Positions 29,818 through 39,693 of a DNA stretch of 64,000 nucleotides are shown here, piece by piece. A model generated the notes under the pieces. The model saw only the letters and a program-made list of their open reading frames with translations, made no database searches and was not told the origin of the DNA. The DNA comes from Abditibacterium sp. GTDB lineage: Bacteria > Armatimonadota > Abditibacteriia > Abditibacteriales > Abditibacteriaceae. The DNA lies in contig CBDASK010000003.1 in the NCBI GenBank assembly GCA_965199495.1, positions 2,496,001-2,560,000 of the forward strand, written 5' to 3'. A program made the position numbers and the translations under genes. Position 1 is the first letter of the stretch. Each line of letters begins with the position of its first letter.

Positions 29818-30267
29818 ATGGCAAATCCTACAGACCAAAGATTAACCGCTCAACTGGAGCGCCCCGAAACCGTCGCGGGTAACGTCGGCCACGCTGGAAG
29901 CGGCATCGGGCCGGACAGTGGCCCGCACGAACATAATCAAGACCATATGGACGAACATACTCATCACGTTTCGATGGGGACGTATTATGTCGTTTTCGCG
30001 TTTTTGATGGTGATGCTGATGCTCACCGTCGGCGCATGGTGGATTGACGAATACAAATTCCCGCTCGGCCATTGGAGCATCCCGATTGCCGTCGGCATCG
30101 CCATCGTTAAAGCGGTCGCGATTGTGCTGATTTTCATGCACGTCAAGTTCTCTAGCCGCCTGGTGCAAATTTTCGCTTGCACCGGCATTGTGTTTATGGG
30201 CATCATGTTCGTCTTGACGTTTAACGATTACTTCACGCGCGGCTGGGTGCCGATTGCGGGACACTAA
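29818..30267 (+). CDS. Cytochrome c oxidase subunit IV family (caa3 CtaF/CoxD)
   Basis: Three TM segments; IAIVKAVAIVLIFMHVK. Confidence 0.85.
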   Translation: MANPTDQRLTAQLERPETVAGNVGHAGSGIGPDSGPHEHNQDHMDEHTHHVSMGTYYVVFAFLMVMLMLTVGAWWIDEYKFPLGHWSIPIAVGIAIVKAVAIVLIFMHVKFSSRLVQIFACTGIVFMGIMFVLTFNDYFTRGWVPIAGH

Positions 30268-30279
30268 AACAGACAACTA

Positions 30280-30315
30280 AAAAAGGCGCGACTTCTTCGG
30301 AAGTCGCGCCTTTTT
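30280..30315 (+). terminator. Intrinsic terminator of the respiratory operon
   Basis: AAAAAGGCGCGACTTC-TTCG-GAAGTCGCGCCTTTTT. Confidence 0.88.
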
Positions 30316-30351
30316 CGCCTCTTAAAACGCGATTTTTCGCATACTTCTGGT

Positions 30352-31086
30352 ATGCTCGACTTACACTGTCATATTTTGCCCGCTTTGGATGACGGGCCAA
30401 AAACGTTGGAGGAATCGCTCGAACTCGCTCGCTTTGCCGTCGCCGATGGCATCACGCATATTGTAGCCACGCCGCATTGCCATCACATGACGCACCTACT
30501 GCGTGCCGATATTCTGCCGCGCGTGAGGCAGTTTCAAACCGCATTAGACGCCGCGCAAATCCCGCTCACAATTTTTCCCGGTTCGGAAATTCGCACCAGC
30601 GACATCGCACTTTTTCGGCGCGAATACGATGAAGAATTGTTGTGCCATCTGGGTGACGATCCGGCCTATTCGCTACTCGAATTTTCATGGCGCGAACCCG
30701 AATATCCCGGCCATGCGCCCGAACATATTCGCTGGCTGTTGGAGCGCGGCACGCAACCGATAATCGCGCATCCCGAACGCCACAGCTTTTTCACGCACGA
30801 CCGCGCGCGCTTGCACGAATTGGTCGAGGCGGGCGCGTGGCTGCAAATTACCGTGGACTCGTTGCTGGGCAATAACGGCGAACGCCCGCAACGCGCCGCC
30901 GAAGATTATTTGTTGTTTTATCCCAACTGCGTGTTGTCCACCGACGCGCACCGCATGTCGCGCTGTTCGGGCATGGCGCGTGGCTACGAACTGGTGCGCG
31001 AACAATTGGGCGACGGACGCGCCGACGATTTGCTCGAAAGATCGGATGCCGTATTGGCGCATATACAATCGGTTTGCGCGCGTTGA
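30352..31086 (+). CDS. PHP-family protein-tyrosine phosphatase (CpsB/CapC/YwqE-like)
   Basis: DLHCHILPALDDG, ATPH, IAHPER, STDAH. Confidence 0.9.
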   Translation: MLDLHCHILPALDDGPKTLEESLELARFAVADGITHIVATPHCHHMTHLLRADILPRVRQFQTALDAAQIPLTIFPGSEIRTSDIALFRREYDEELLCHLGDDPAYSLLEFSWREPEYPGHAPEHIRWLLERGTQPIIAHPERHSFFTHDRARLHELVEAGAWLQITVDSLLGNNGERPQRAAEDYLLFYPNCVLSTDAHRMSRCSGMARGYELVREQLGDGRADDLLERSDAVLAHIQSVCAR

Positions 31087-31136
31087 GAGGCAAAATGTGG
31101 TCTATCGCCCTTCTTATTCAGAAGACTACAACTCTC

Positions 31137-31212
31137 GGCGGGGCTTGCGCCTCCTTCCAATTGGTATTCTTTCGAGAATCTCCGATGATTGGAAGGAGGC
31201 GCAAGCCCCGCC
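31137..31212. repeat. Palindromic element next to the IS left end
   Basis: Perfect 25-bp arms at 31137-31161 and 31188-31212. Confidence 0.8.
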
Positions 31213-31230
31213 AGTGTAACCTCTGCTATC

Positions 31231-32096
31231 TAACCAATGGTGCGGGTGTGCGAAGGAGTCATCGGGACGGCAAACTTTGAGGTTGACCAAAACACCAAAG
31301 AGCCTCCCCGATGACCACAATTGATTTTACCATTGCCCTGTTTTGCCGTGTCGATGATGGGTTATTCGACCAAGAGAAACACCCGTTTTCCCTGCTTCAT
31401 CCCAGCGAAGTTGTGACACTGGCGATGCTGCAAGTGCTGCGCGGCGAAGGCAATCGCGCCTTTGATCGCTGGGTGCGGCGCGAGTTAGGCCCGCTCTTTC
31501 CCCGGCTGCCCGAACGCACACGCCTGTTCCGTTTGTTCGTGACTTATCAGGAACTTTGCCAACGCTTTCTGGTAAAGGCCACGCTCTTTGGCATCGTGGA
31601 CTCCTATGGCATCGAGCTGGTGCATCCGTGGCGCGAGCGGCGCACGCAGCGCCAAGTCGCGCGCAAAGGCAAGAGCCTGCACCGCTGGATTGTCGGAGCC
31701 AAAGTGTGCGTATTGACCGACAATCTGGGGCGCATCGTGGGCTTTCGCGTGGATGGGGCGGGCGTGCATGACAGCGCCTTCCATCCGCTCATCGAGTCTG
31801 TGAAAGAATAGACGATTGTGTTTGGAGATGGGGGCTTTCACGCCCGTGAGGGCGACCCGGAAAACCTCAAAATCTGTCGTAAGGGACAGTGGAACGACCG
31901 CATGATCGTCGAAACGCTCTTCTCTTTGTTCACAACCGTCTTGAGGATGAAGAAGCTCGCCCATCGGCTGCTTGAACCGCTCAAAGCCCGATTGGCTTAT
32001 ACCTGCGCGGTTTGCAATCTCTGCTTCGACTGGAGCGGAGAAACACAACTGTGTTTGGCCCAGTTTAAGCTCTAAACCCATCCGCACCATTGGTTA
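31231..32096 (+). mobile_element. IS982-family insertion sequence
   Basis: 18-bp terminal inverted repeats with one mismatch (TAACCAATGGTGCGGGTG / CATCCGCACCATTGGTTA) enclosing a DDE transposase. Confidence 0.82.
31311..32075 (+). pseudogene. IS982-family transposase interrupted by an in-frame TAG
   Basis: LPERTRLFR, IVDSYGIE, FGDGGFH and RMIVETLFS all lie in one frame, with TAG at 31809-31811. Confidence 0.82.
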
Positions 32097-32222
32097 ACCA
32101 ATGCGCTGGCTGCTGCAAATCGCCCTAAAATTTGCTCATAAGTTGAAGCTCCGCCGAAATGTGGTAAAATCGCCGTGAGCTTTTTCGCGTTTAATCTGTC
32201 AAACTCTGGTCGCGCTACTCCC

Positions 32223-33542
32223 ATGAAACTCTTATCCAATCGCCGCGCTGTGCGCTCTGCTTTGTTGATGTTGGCCTTTGCGCCCGCCGCCATGAACGTG
32301 GCGCAGGCGCAGATGCCCGCCTTACCGCCCGCACCAATCAATCAGCCGTTGCCCCAAAGCCCAAATGTTGACCAAGCCGCGTTTTTGGTGAACGAAGCCT
32401 ACAATATCGCTGGCAGCAACGCGGCGGCGCGTGCGGTCGCGGTCAAAACTTCGGCTTCGTTGCTGGCGCGGTTGCCCGAATCGAACCGCGAAGTGGGCCG
32501 CGAACAGCTCACCGCGCGTTTCTTCAAATACGCGCAAAGCGGCGACGTTTCCGATGCGGTGCGCACCGATGCGCTTTCGTCGTTTTTCGATGCGGCTTCC
32601 AAAGCCGATCCCGATTATGCGTTGCGTTGGGCGATGGCGACCAAAGATGACGCCGCACGCGCGGGCGCATTGCTCGCGGTTTCGCGCGCTTTGCCCGACG
32701 CGCAGTGGGCGCGCGCCGATTCGCTGGCCGCCGATGCCGCGCGCGCCGCGCGTCAGGAACCCGACGAATTGCGCCGCGCCCGCGCCCTCGTTTATGTCGC
32801 CGACCGCATGACCGAGTTTTCGCCCGCGCGCGCACAGGATTCCATCGCCGAGGCGCGCCGCGAAATCGCCCAGTTGGGCGATTCGTCCGAACAAGACAAC
32901 CTCACGTCGGATTTGATTCCCGCCGTGGCTCGCTACGATGTGAACATGGCGCGCACAATGGTGAATGGTATTGGCGATGCCGACTTGAAAAATTTGGCGG
33001 GCGCGCGCGTCAACCTCGCTGAGGCTTCGCTTTCGACAGTCACTACGCGCACCAAAGATCGCGTGCAGGTCTTGGCAACCGCCGCCGCGCCCTACGACAA
33101 TCGCGCCCTGCCGCTTTTGGTGAAGTTGCCGCCCGAACCATCGGTTTTAAAAGCGATTTCCGAAACGCTCCCGCCGGTTTACGCCTCGGCGCGTCCGGCG
33201 ATTGACGTAGATCGTTTACAATCGCTGTGGGATTATAGCCAGAAAGCGCCCGAAGGCGTCTATCGCGACCAATTGCAATCGCGCTTGGCGCGCCTGATGG
33301 TGACGCAAGACCTGTGGCGCGGACGCGATTGGGGCAAACAATTGGCGTGGAAAGGAGGGCGCGTTCAAGTCGGCGCGTTTTTGAAAGACGTGCTGGCCTA
33401 TCGTTCGTCGCAACTCAAAGTGGCCACGCTACAAGATGTCGCGCAGGGCGATGTCAATGCGGCTTTGGTGCAAGCGCGCACGCTGGGGCCGGTCGAGCGC
33501 ACCGAGGCACTTTTGCTGTTGGCCGGACAGATTTTGGCGTAA
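32223..33542 (+). CDS. Secreted alpha-helical hypothetical protein
   Basis: Signal peptide ending AQA/Q; Ala-rich helical body; native codon usage. Confidence 0.75.
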   Translation: MKLLSNRRAVRSALLMLAFAPAAMNVAQAQMPALPPAPINQPLPQSPNVDQAAFLVNEAYNIAGSNAAARAVAVKTSASLLARLPESNREVGREQLTARFFKYAQSGDVSDAVRTDALSSFFDAASKADPDYALRWAMATKDDAARAGALLAVSRALPDAQWARADSLAADAARAARQEPDELRRARALVYVADRMTEFSPARAQDSIAEARREIAQLGDSSEQDNLTSDLIPAVARYDVNMARTMVNGIGDADLKNLAGARVNLAEASLSTVTTRTKDRVQVLATAAAPYDNRALPLLVKLPPEPSVLKAISETLPPVYASARPAIDVDRLQSLWDYSQKAPEGVYRDQLQSRLARLMVTQDLWRGRDWGKQLAWKGGRVQVGAFLKDVLAYRSSQLKVATLQDVAQGDVNAALVQARTLGPVERTEALLLLAGQILA

Positions 33543-33628
33543 ATCAGATTGTTCGTAGAACAAACGCTTCGCTCTTCGTGAGCGGGGCGTTTGTTGTTTG
33601 CGGCCACGATTTGCCCCACCGATACGCT

Positions 33629-34552
33629 ATGACTCCGCTTATTCTCGTCGCCGGATTTTTAGGCGCAGGCAAAACCACGTTTCTGCGCCATATTTTGCTC
33701 GACGCGCGCGCGAAAAATTTGAACATCGGCGTGATTATCAACGAGTTCGGCGCCATTGACGTGGACAGCGAAATTTTGCGCGATAAGGCACAAAATCTGG
33801 CGAGCGTCGCTGGAGGTTGCGCCTGTTGCGCTGGACAAGACGATTTCGTCGAAGCCGTCGAAAATATGAGCCACGTCGGGTTCGATGCAATTGTCGTCGA
33901 AGCGTCGGGTTTGGCCGATTCGCTGATTTTGCTGGAAACGCTCGCCGCGCCCGATTTATTGAAACGTGTGCAAACCGCGCAAATTGTGTGCGTGGCCGAC
34001 GCTTCCAATTGGAACGCGACGGCGGGCGCGTTGGGGCCGCTACTTCGACGACAATTAATGTTAGCCGATACCATCGTTCTCAACAAAATTGATTTGGTCA
34101 GCCCAGCCGCCGTGGCTGCATTGCGTGGCAAGGTCGCCGAATTGAATCCGAACGCAAGCGTGCGAACTGCGAGCGAAGGCGAAACCGAATTCGATTGGAA
34201 TCTTGGCTCGCGCGCCGCGACAAAACTCGATTTACCAATCGCGCCGCACGCCGATTCTCATATGATTTGGATTGCATTGCCGCATCCACTTGAACGCTCA
34301 GCTTTGGAGCGCGCGCTATCCGAGTTGGACGAAAATATCTGGCGCGCCAAAGGCTTCGTGCGCGTGCGCGGCGAAAGCGGTTTGCAATTGGTTCAACTCA
34401 GCGGCGGCATGGACGGCAATCGCACGCGCATCGCGCCTTTCGCGATTCCGTTTGGCGCCGATGAACCGCAATTGGGTTTGGTTTTTATCGGCGCGGGCTT
34501 CGACGGCGCGTGGGTGAAGCGCGCGTTTGAATCGCTCAACCCGACGTTTTAA
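33629..34552 (+). CDS. COG0523/CobW family metallochaperone GTPase
   Basis: GFLGAGKTT, INEFG, GCACC, EASG, NKID, WRAKG. Confidence 0.9.
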   Translation: MTPLILVAGFLGAGKTTFLRHILLDARAKNLNIGVIINEFGAIDVDSEILRDKAQNLASVAGGCACCAGQDDFVEAVENMSHVGFDAIVVEASGLADSLILLETLAAPDLLKRVQTAQIVCVADASNWNATAGALGPLLRRQLMLADTIVLNKIDLVSPAAVAALRGKVAELNPNASVRTASEGETEFDWNLGSRAATKLDLPIAPHADSHMIWIALPHPLERSALERALSELDENIWRAKGFVRVRGESGLQLVQLSGGMDGNRTRIAPFAIPFGADEPQLGLVFIGAGFDGAWVKRAFESLNPTF

Positions 34553-34604
34553 CGCGTCGTTCGCAGAGCTATGCCACTGCTAATAAGTGCATTAAACTGC
34601 GGGC

Positions 34605-35906
34605 GTGAAACTCTCAACTCGCGAAAAGAAATTTTTTGTGTTTTGCACTCTCGTCATCGCGTTGCCGTTGGGCGTTGGGTTGTATATCAACCATCTCAAC
34701 GCGGCGTCGAACGCGCCCATTCCGGCGTATCCGCGCGCGCCCAATCCCAATGGCTATGACCTTTATGTCGCAGCAGAGGCGGCGATGACGCGCGCGACGC
34801 CAAGCGTCGATCCCAACAGCGACGCCCGCCCGCCAACCGATGCCAAAGCGCGCGCGGCGCGTTATTCGCTGGCGCGGCGCAACGCGTGGTTGGGGCAAAA
34901 TGGCAAAACGTTCGCGTTGTTTAATCAGGCGATGAAAACGCCGTCGCTGGCGCCGCCGAGCCGCTCGATTGCCAATACCAACCCGACTTACGCGCGGTTG
35001 CGCGAGTTGGCGCGCGCCAAAGCCGCCCAGAGCAACACGCTGTGGATGCGCCGCGATTACAACGGCGCGCTGCAAAGCGGTTTGGATACGATTCAGATGG
35101 GCCACGATATGCGGCACGGCACGCAGATCATCGGCAGTCTGGTCGGCATGGCCATCGGCGCCATTGGGGGCCGCGCGACCAACGACACCATCGAGCGCGT
35201 GAACGCGGCGCAGGCCAAAAGCGCGGCCAAGCGTCTGGAAAAAATGCTGCAAACGCGCTGGAATCTCGACCAAACGCTAACCGAAGAAAAATACGCGAAC
35301 CAGACGTTCATGGTGCCGCTCGTCAAAGCGGGCACCTGGCGGTTATCGAGCGCGCCGTGGATGCTGAGCGGCACGGTGCCTTCGCTGTCCGAGCGTGTGC
35401 ATCTGGCGACTTTGCCGACGAGCCAAATCTTGCGCGACATCGAAAACGAACATAACCGTCAAATCGCCAACGCGAAGTTGCCTTACGCCAACGTGGGGCA
35501 AGCGCGTCCCAATTATAGCGATCCGTTCGTGCCGCAGGAATTCAAGCGTTTGCCCATCAACAACGCGCGCGATTTGGCGCGCGACCGTTTTCTGATGCTG
35601 CGTCTGGCGTTGCGCGCTTACCGTTTGGAGCAGGGCGTTTATCCGCCGAATTTAAACGCGCTCGTGCCCGCTTATTTAAGCGCCGTGCCCGCCGATCCGT
35701 TCGGCGGCGGCGAAGCGATGCGTTATAAATTGAGCGGCGCCAAATACGTTTTGTGGAGCATTGGGCCGGACGGCGCAGACGATGGCGGCAAACCGGTTCC
35801 GTTTCTCAAACCGGCGCCCACAACTTACGCGGGCGAGCGCCCCGTCGAACGCCTATTCACCGATTTCAACGGCAAAGGCGATGTTGTCGCGGGCGTGAAC
35901 GGCTAA
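34605..35906 (+). CDS. Membrane-anchored hypothetical protein, tandem paralogue 1
   Basis: N-terminal TM segment; C-terminal LALRAY...GVYPPNLNALVPAYLSAVPADPF...WSIGPDGADDGG; GTG start. Confidence 0.8.
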   Translation: MKLSTREKKFFVFCTLVIALPLGVGLYINHLNAASNAPIPAYPRAPNPNGYDLYVAAEAAMTRATPSVDPNSDARPPTDAKARAARYSLARRNAWLGQNGKTFALFNQAMKTPSLAPPSRSIANTNPTYARLRELARAKAAQSNTLWMRRDYNGALQSGLDTIQMGHDMRHGTQIIGSLVGMAIGAIGGRATNDTIERVNAAQAKSAAKRLEKMLQTRWNLDQTLTEEKYANQTFMVPLVKAGTWRLSSAPWMLSGTVPSLSERVHLATLPTSQILRDIENEHNRQIANAKLPYANVGQARPNYSDPFVPQEFKRLPINNARDLARDRFLMLRLALRAYRLEQGVYPPNLNALVPAYLSAVPADPFGGGEAMRYKLSGAKYVLWSIGPDGADDGGKPVPFLKPAPTTYAGERPVERLFTDFNGKGDVVAGVNG

Positions 35907-35916
35907 AATTAAACGC

Positions 35917-37224
35917 ATGAAATTCAAATCCGGCGAAAAGAAAATGCTGGCGTTTTTCGTCGTCGCCATCGCGCTGCCCCTGAGCGTTGGGCTGTTTCTC
36001 AATCGCATCAACGCGACGCCAACTGTCAACATTCCGGCGCCCGCGCCGCGCCCGAAACCCAATGGCTACGATTTATATGTCGCGGCAGCCACGGCGATGA
36101 CGCGCGTCAAACCTGAAACCGATCCGGCCAGCGATACGACGTTTGTAACCGATCCAAAAGTGTGGGCGCAACGTTATTCGCTGGCGCGCCGCACGGCGTG
36201 GCTGAACGCGAACGCGAAGTCTTTCGCTTTGTTCGATCAGGCGCTTCAAACGCCGACGATGGCGCCACTTTCACGCTCTTTCAGCGGAAATAGCTTCGGT
36301 TCCTACGCCAAACTGCGACAAATGGCGCGCGATAAATCGGCGCAGAGCAACACGCTATGGATGCGCGGCGATTACAACGGCGCGCTGCAAAGTAATCTCG
36401 ATACAATTCAAATGGGCCAAGATATGCGGCATGGCGGCGTTCTCATTACTCAGTTGGTTGGCATCGCCATCGGCGCCATCGGGCGCGGTAACACGGGCGG
36501 AACAATCGAACATTTGGACGCCGCGCAGTGCAAAAGCGCGGCGCGGCGCATGGAGAAAATGTTAGCGAATCGTTGGCGCTTAGATCAAGTTCTGACCGAA
36601 GAAAAATGGGCGACGGAAGCGGCGCTTATGGAAAGTTTCGGGCAAAAAAACTGGCGCACTGGATTCTTCGGCAAAGAGATGACTCCGTTGAAGCGTTGGC
36701 GCATTTATACGATTTCCAAACAGCAAATCATCGATAATGTCGGCGCCAGTTACGATCAGCAAATCGCCAATGCGCGTTTGCCCTACACGCAAAAAGGCGC
36801 ATCAATTCAAGCCGACGATCCCTTTTTGGAAATTTTAGTCGCCAACGGTGACCGCGCGCGCATCAATGAAGCGCGCGGTTTGATGGGCGACGACACTTTA
36901 ATGCTGCAACTCGCTTTGCGCGCTTATAATTTGGAAAATGGCGTTTATCCGCCGAATTTGAAAGCGCTCGTGCCCAATTATCTGGGGGCCGTGCCCGCCG
37001 ATCCGTTTGGCGGCGGCGAAGCGTTGCGCTACAAAATCAGCGGCAAAACTTACGCGTTGTGGAGCATCGGCCCCGACGGCAAAGATGACGGTGGCAAACC
37101 GATTCCGCCGCGTAATGGCATTCGGCACACGAAACCTTTCCCCGGTCAGCGCCCGCGTGGGCCGCGTTCGTTTGTCGAATTCGAGGGCAAAGGCGATGTC
37201 GTGGCGGGCGTGAATACTGGATAG
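35917..37224 (+). CDS. Membrane-anchored hypothetical protein, tandem paralogue 2
   Basis: Colinear similarity to 34605..35906. Confidence 0.8.
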   Translation: MKFKSGEKKMLAFFVVAIALPLSVGLFLNRINATPTVNIPAPAPRPKPNGYDLYVAAATAMTRVKPETDPASDTTFVTDPKVWAQRYSLARRTAWLNANAKSFALFDQALQTPTMAPLSRSFSGNSFGSYAKLRQMARDKSAQSNTLWMRGDYNGALQSNLDTIQMGQDMRHGGVLITQLVGIAIGAIGRGNTGGTIEHLDAAQCKSAARRMEKMLANRWRLDQVLTEEKWATEAALMESFGQKNWRTGFFGKEMTPLKRWRIYTISKQQIIDNVGASYDQQIANARLPYTQKGASIQADDPFLEILVANGDRARINEARGLMGDDTLMLQLALRAYNLENGVYPPNLKALVPNYLGAVPADPFGGGEALRYKISGKTYALWSIGPDGKDDGGKPIPPRNGIRHTKPFPGQRPRGPRSFVEFEGKGDVVAGVNTG

Positions 37225-37308
37225 TCGGACTACGGATCTCAAATATCGGATGGGTTGAAGAGAGTTGAACGAAACTGAACTCTCTTCGTATCATCCGACA
37301 TCCGCTAC

Positions 37309-38403
37309 TCAAACCGAGAACCGGAAGTTCATCAAGTCGCCGTCTTTGACGATGTAATCTTTGCCTTCCAATCGCATTTTGCCCGCCGCTTTCGCGCCTT
37401 TTTCGCCCTTCAACTCGATATAATCGCCGAACGAAATCACTTCGGCGCGAATAAAACCGCGCTCGAAGTCGGTGTGAATCACGCCCGCCGCTTGCGGCGC
37501 CGTGGCTCCAACTTTGATTTCCCACGCGCGCACCTCTTTTTCGCCCGCCGTGAAATAAGTTTGAAGTCCGAGCAAAGCATAACCAGCGCGAATCACGCGA
37601 TTTAAACCCGGCTCCGATAATCCGATTTCGGCCAAAAATTCGAGTTTTTCTTCGTCACTCATGTCCATAATTTCGGCTTCGAGCGAAGCGCACACCGGCA
37701 CAACGATGGAATTCTCTTTGGCCGCATATTCTACGACTGCTTGCAAATGCGGGTTGTCTTCCAAGTTGCCCGCGTCAGCCACGTTGGCGACATACATCGT
37801 CGGCTTGAGCGTGAGCAGGTTGAAACTCTTGATCGCCGCGCGCTCGTCGTCGGTTAAATCGAGCGAGCGCACGGCATTGCCCTCATTCAAACATTCGAGC
37901 GCGCGTTCCAAAACCGGGACTTGTTGATTCGCCAATTTGTCGCCGCTTTTAGCGGCTTTGCGCGCGCGGTCAATAGCTTTTTCCACGCTGGTCAAATCGG
38001 CCAGAGCCAATTCCGTGTTGATCACTTCGATGTCCGAAACCGGATCAACTTTGCCCGCGACGTGAACGACATCATCATTCTCGAAGCAGCGCACGACGTG
38101 CGCGATGGCGTCGCATTCGCGGATGTTAGCCAAGAATTTATTGCCCAGACCTTCGCCTTTGCTGGCGCCCGCGACCAAACCGGCGATGTCCACAAATTCG
38201 GTCACCGCGTTCAAAACGCGTTGCGGATTGACGATTGCGGCGAGTTCCGCCAACCGTTCATCGGGCACGGGCACGATGCCGACGTTGGGTTCGATGGTGC
38301 AAAACGGATAGTTTTCGGCGGCGATTTCGGCGCGCGTGAGGGCATTAAACAAGGTCGATTTGCCGACGTTTGGCAAACCCACGATTCCACATTGAAGACT
38401 CAT
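37309..38403 (-). CDS. ychF: Ribosome-binding ATPase YchF
   Basis: [52 protein letters not shown]. Confidence 0.97.
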   Translation of the reverse strand: MSLQCGIVGLPNVGKSTLFNALTRAEIAAENYPFCTIEPNVGIVPVPDERLAELAAIVNPQRVLNAVTEFVDIAGLVAGASKGEGLGNKFLANIRECDAIAHVVRCFENDDVVHVAGKVDPVSDIEVINTELALADLTSVEKAIDRARKAAKSGDKLANQQVPVLERALECLNEGNAVRSLDLTDDERAAIKSFNLLTLKPTMYVANVADAGNLEDNPHLQAVVEYAAKENSIVVPVCASLEAEIMDMSDEEKLEFLAEIGLSEPGLNRVIRAGYALLGLQTYFTAGEKEVRAWEIKVGATAPQAAGVIHTDFERGFIRAEVISFGDYIELKGEKGAKAAGKMRLEGKDYIVKDGDLMNFRFSV

Positions 38404-38423
38404 AATCAACCAAACAGTATGAC

Positions 38424-38572
38424 GATTAGCCACAGAGGACACAGAGAACGCACAGAAAAACACAGAAAGAACGAAGAAACCAAAGATATACAAAAGCACT
38501 TTCTTTTTCGATTTATTCTCTTCCTTCTCTCTGTGTTTTTCTGTGCGTTCTCTGTGTCCTCTGTGGCTAATC
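38424..38572. repeat. TTAGCCACAGAG-family palindromic element, copy 1
   Basis: Perfect 43-bp arms at 38424-38466 and 38530-38572. Confidence 0.88.
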
Positions 38573-39619
38573 CCAGACAATCGCCACTTTTCCGCTCTGG
38601 CCCGAATCGAAAATTTCATACGCTTCTTTCGCTTCGTCTAACGTAAATTTGTGCGTCACGATGCAATCGGGATGCAAATCCCACGCGACCAATTTCTCGA
38701 CTAACTCTTCCATTTGGCCAATCGAGCAAACCCACGAACCGTGCAACGTCAACTGTTTGTGCAGCAACAACGGCGACGGCTCGAACGTCACATCGCCGCC
38801 TTCGCCGACGAAAACCACACGGCCCCAATCGCGCGCGGCTTCCAGACACAAATGGCGCGCGGCTGAGGCGCCCGAACAATCAATAGCGACTTCAAAGCCT
38901 TTGCCGCCATTTAAATCCATCAAATGTTCCAACGCGTTTTCGCCGGGCGCGACGATGTTTTCAAAGCCCAAATCATTGGCCAATTTCACGCGGTCGGCGT
39001 TGCCCTCGACAGCAGCCACGCGCGCGCCCAGCGCGCGGGCGAGCAGGGCGGCGCCCAGTCCGACCGGGCCAAGGCCGGTAATCAAAACTTCGTCGCGCCC
39101 CGAAATCTGCGCGCGCAAACAGGCCGCGTAAACCGTCCCAAACCCGCACGCGACCATCGCGCCATCGAGATACGTCAGCTCATCGGGCAAAAGCACGAGC
39201 GTGCGTTCCTCGGCCAACATAAACGGCGCGTGGCCGCCGTTGCGTTGCCAACCGTAAGCCTCGCGCGCGGGCGAGTGGCAACCGATCATCCAACCGCTAC
39301 GGCACGCCTCGCACACGCCGCAACCCGCGATATGATAAGCCACAACGCGGTCGCCGACCTGAAAGCGCGAAACATCTTCGCCGACCGCGACGATTTGTCC
39401 GCACGGCTCGTGCCCGGCGATGACGCCGCGATAGGCTTCGGGGCCGCTACCTTGATCGTGGGGGCGATAAATCGCGCGCAAATCGGAGCCGCACAAACTG
39501 GAGGCTTTAATCTGAATCAAAACTTCGCGCGCGCCGGGCGTTGGAACGTTGAACTCGCGAATTTCGAGTTGGCGGTCGCCGGGCAAAACGACGCCGGGCA
39601 TAGTCTGGGGAAGGGACAT
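38567..39619 (-). CDS. Zinc-dependent (MDR) alcohol/polyol dehydrogenase
   Basis: [21 protein letters not shown]...C, GLGPVG. Confidence 0.92.
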   Translation of the reverse strand: MSLPQTMPGVVLPGDRQLEIREFNVPTPGAREVLIQIKASSLCGSDLRAIYRPHDQGSGPEAYRGVIAGHEPCGQIVAVGEDVSRFQVGDRVVAYHIAGCGVCEACRSGWMIGCHSPAREAYGWQRNGGHAPFMLAEERTLVLLPDELTYLDGAMVACGFGTVYAACLRAQISGRDEVLITGLGPVGLGAALLARALGARVAAVEGNADRVKLANDLGFENIVAPGENALEHLMDLNGGKGFEVAIDCSGASAARHLCLEAARDWGRVVFVGEGGDVTFEPSPLLLHKQLTLHGSWVCSIGQMEELVEKLVAWDLHPDCIVTHKFTLDEAKEAYEIFDSGQSGKVAIVWD

Positions 39620-39693
39620 GAATCGAAGTTTAAGTGAGCCGAGTTCGGAGGCGCTTGTGTGTTGGGCGGGACTAATTTATAATAGAAATTGAA

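Noticed and set aside
31809..31811. TAG as programmed read-through or pyrrolysine/recoded codon
   Set aside because: TAG terminates ordinary genes here (cimA, actC, vWA) and no recoding machinery is visible, so a simple nonsense mutation is more likely.
37225..37305. Nested imperfect inverted repeat between convergent genes as a mobile element
   Set aside because: The arms are short and interrupted with no second copy in the window; it is most simply a terminator-like structure.
38424..38572. CACAGAG-like short repeats as a CRISPR array
   Set aside because: The units are ~9-10 nt, have no unique spacers and are arranged as inverted arms; there are no cas genes in the window.
38404..38619. 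N-terminal extension of YchF shown in the ORF track
   Set aside because: It is read-through of the palindromic element and the neighbouring gene; the canonical start MSLQCGIVG is at 38403.
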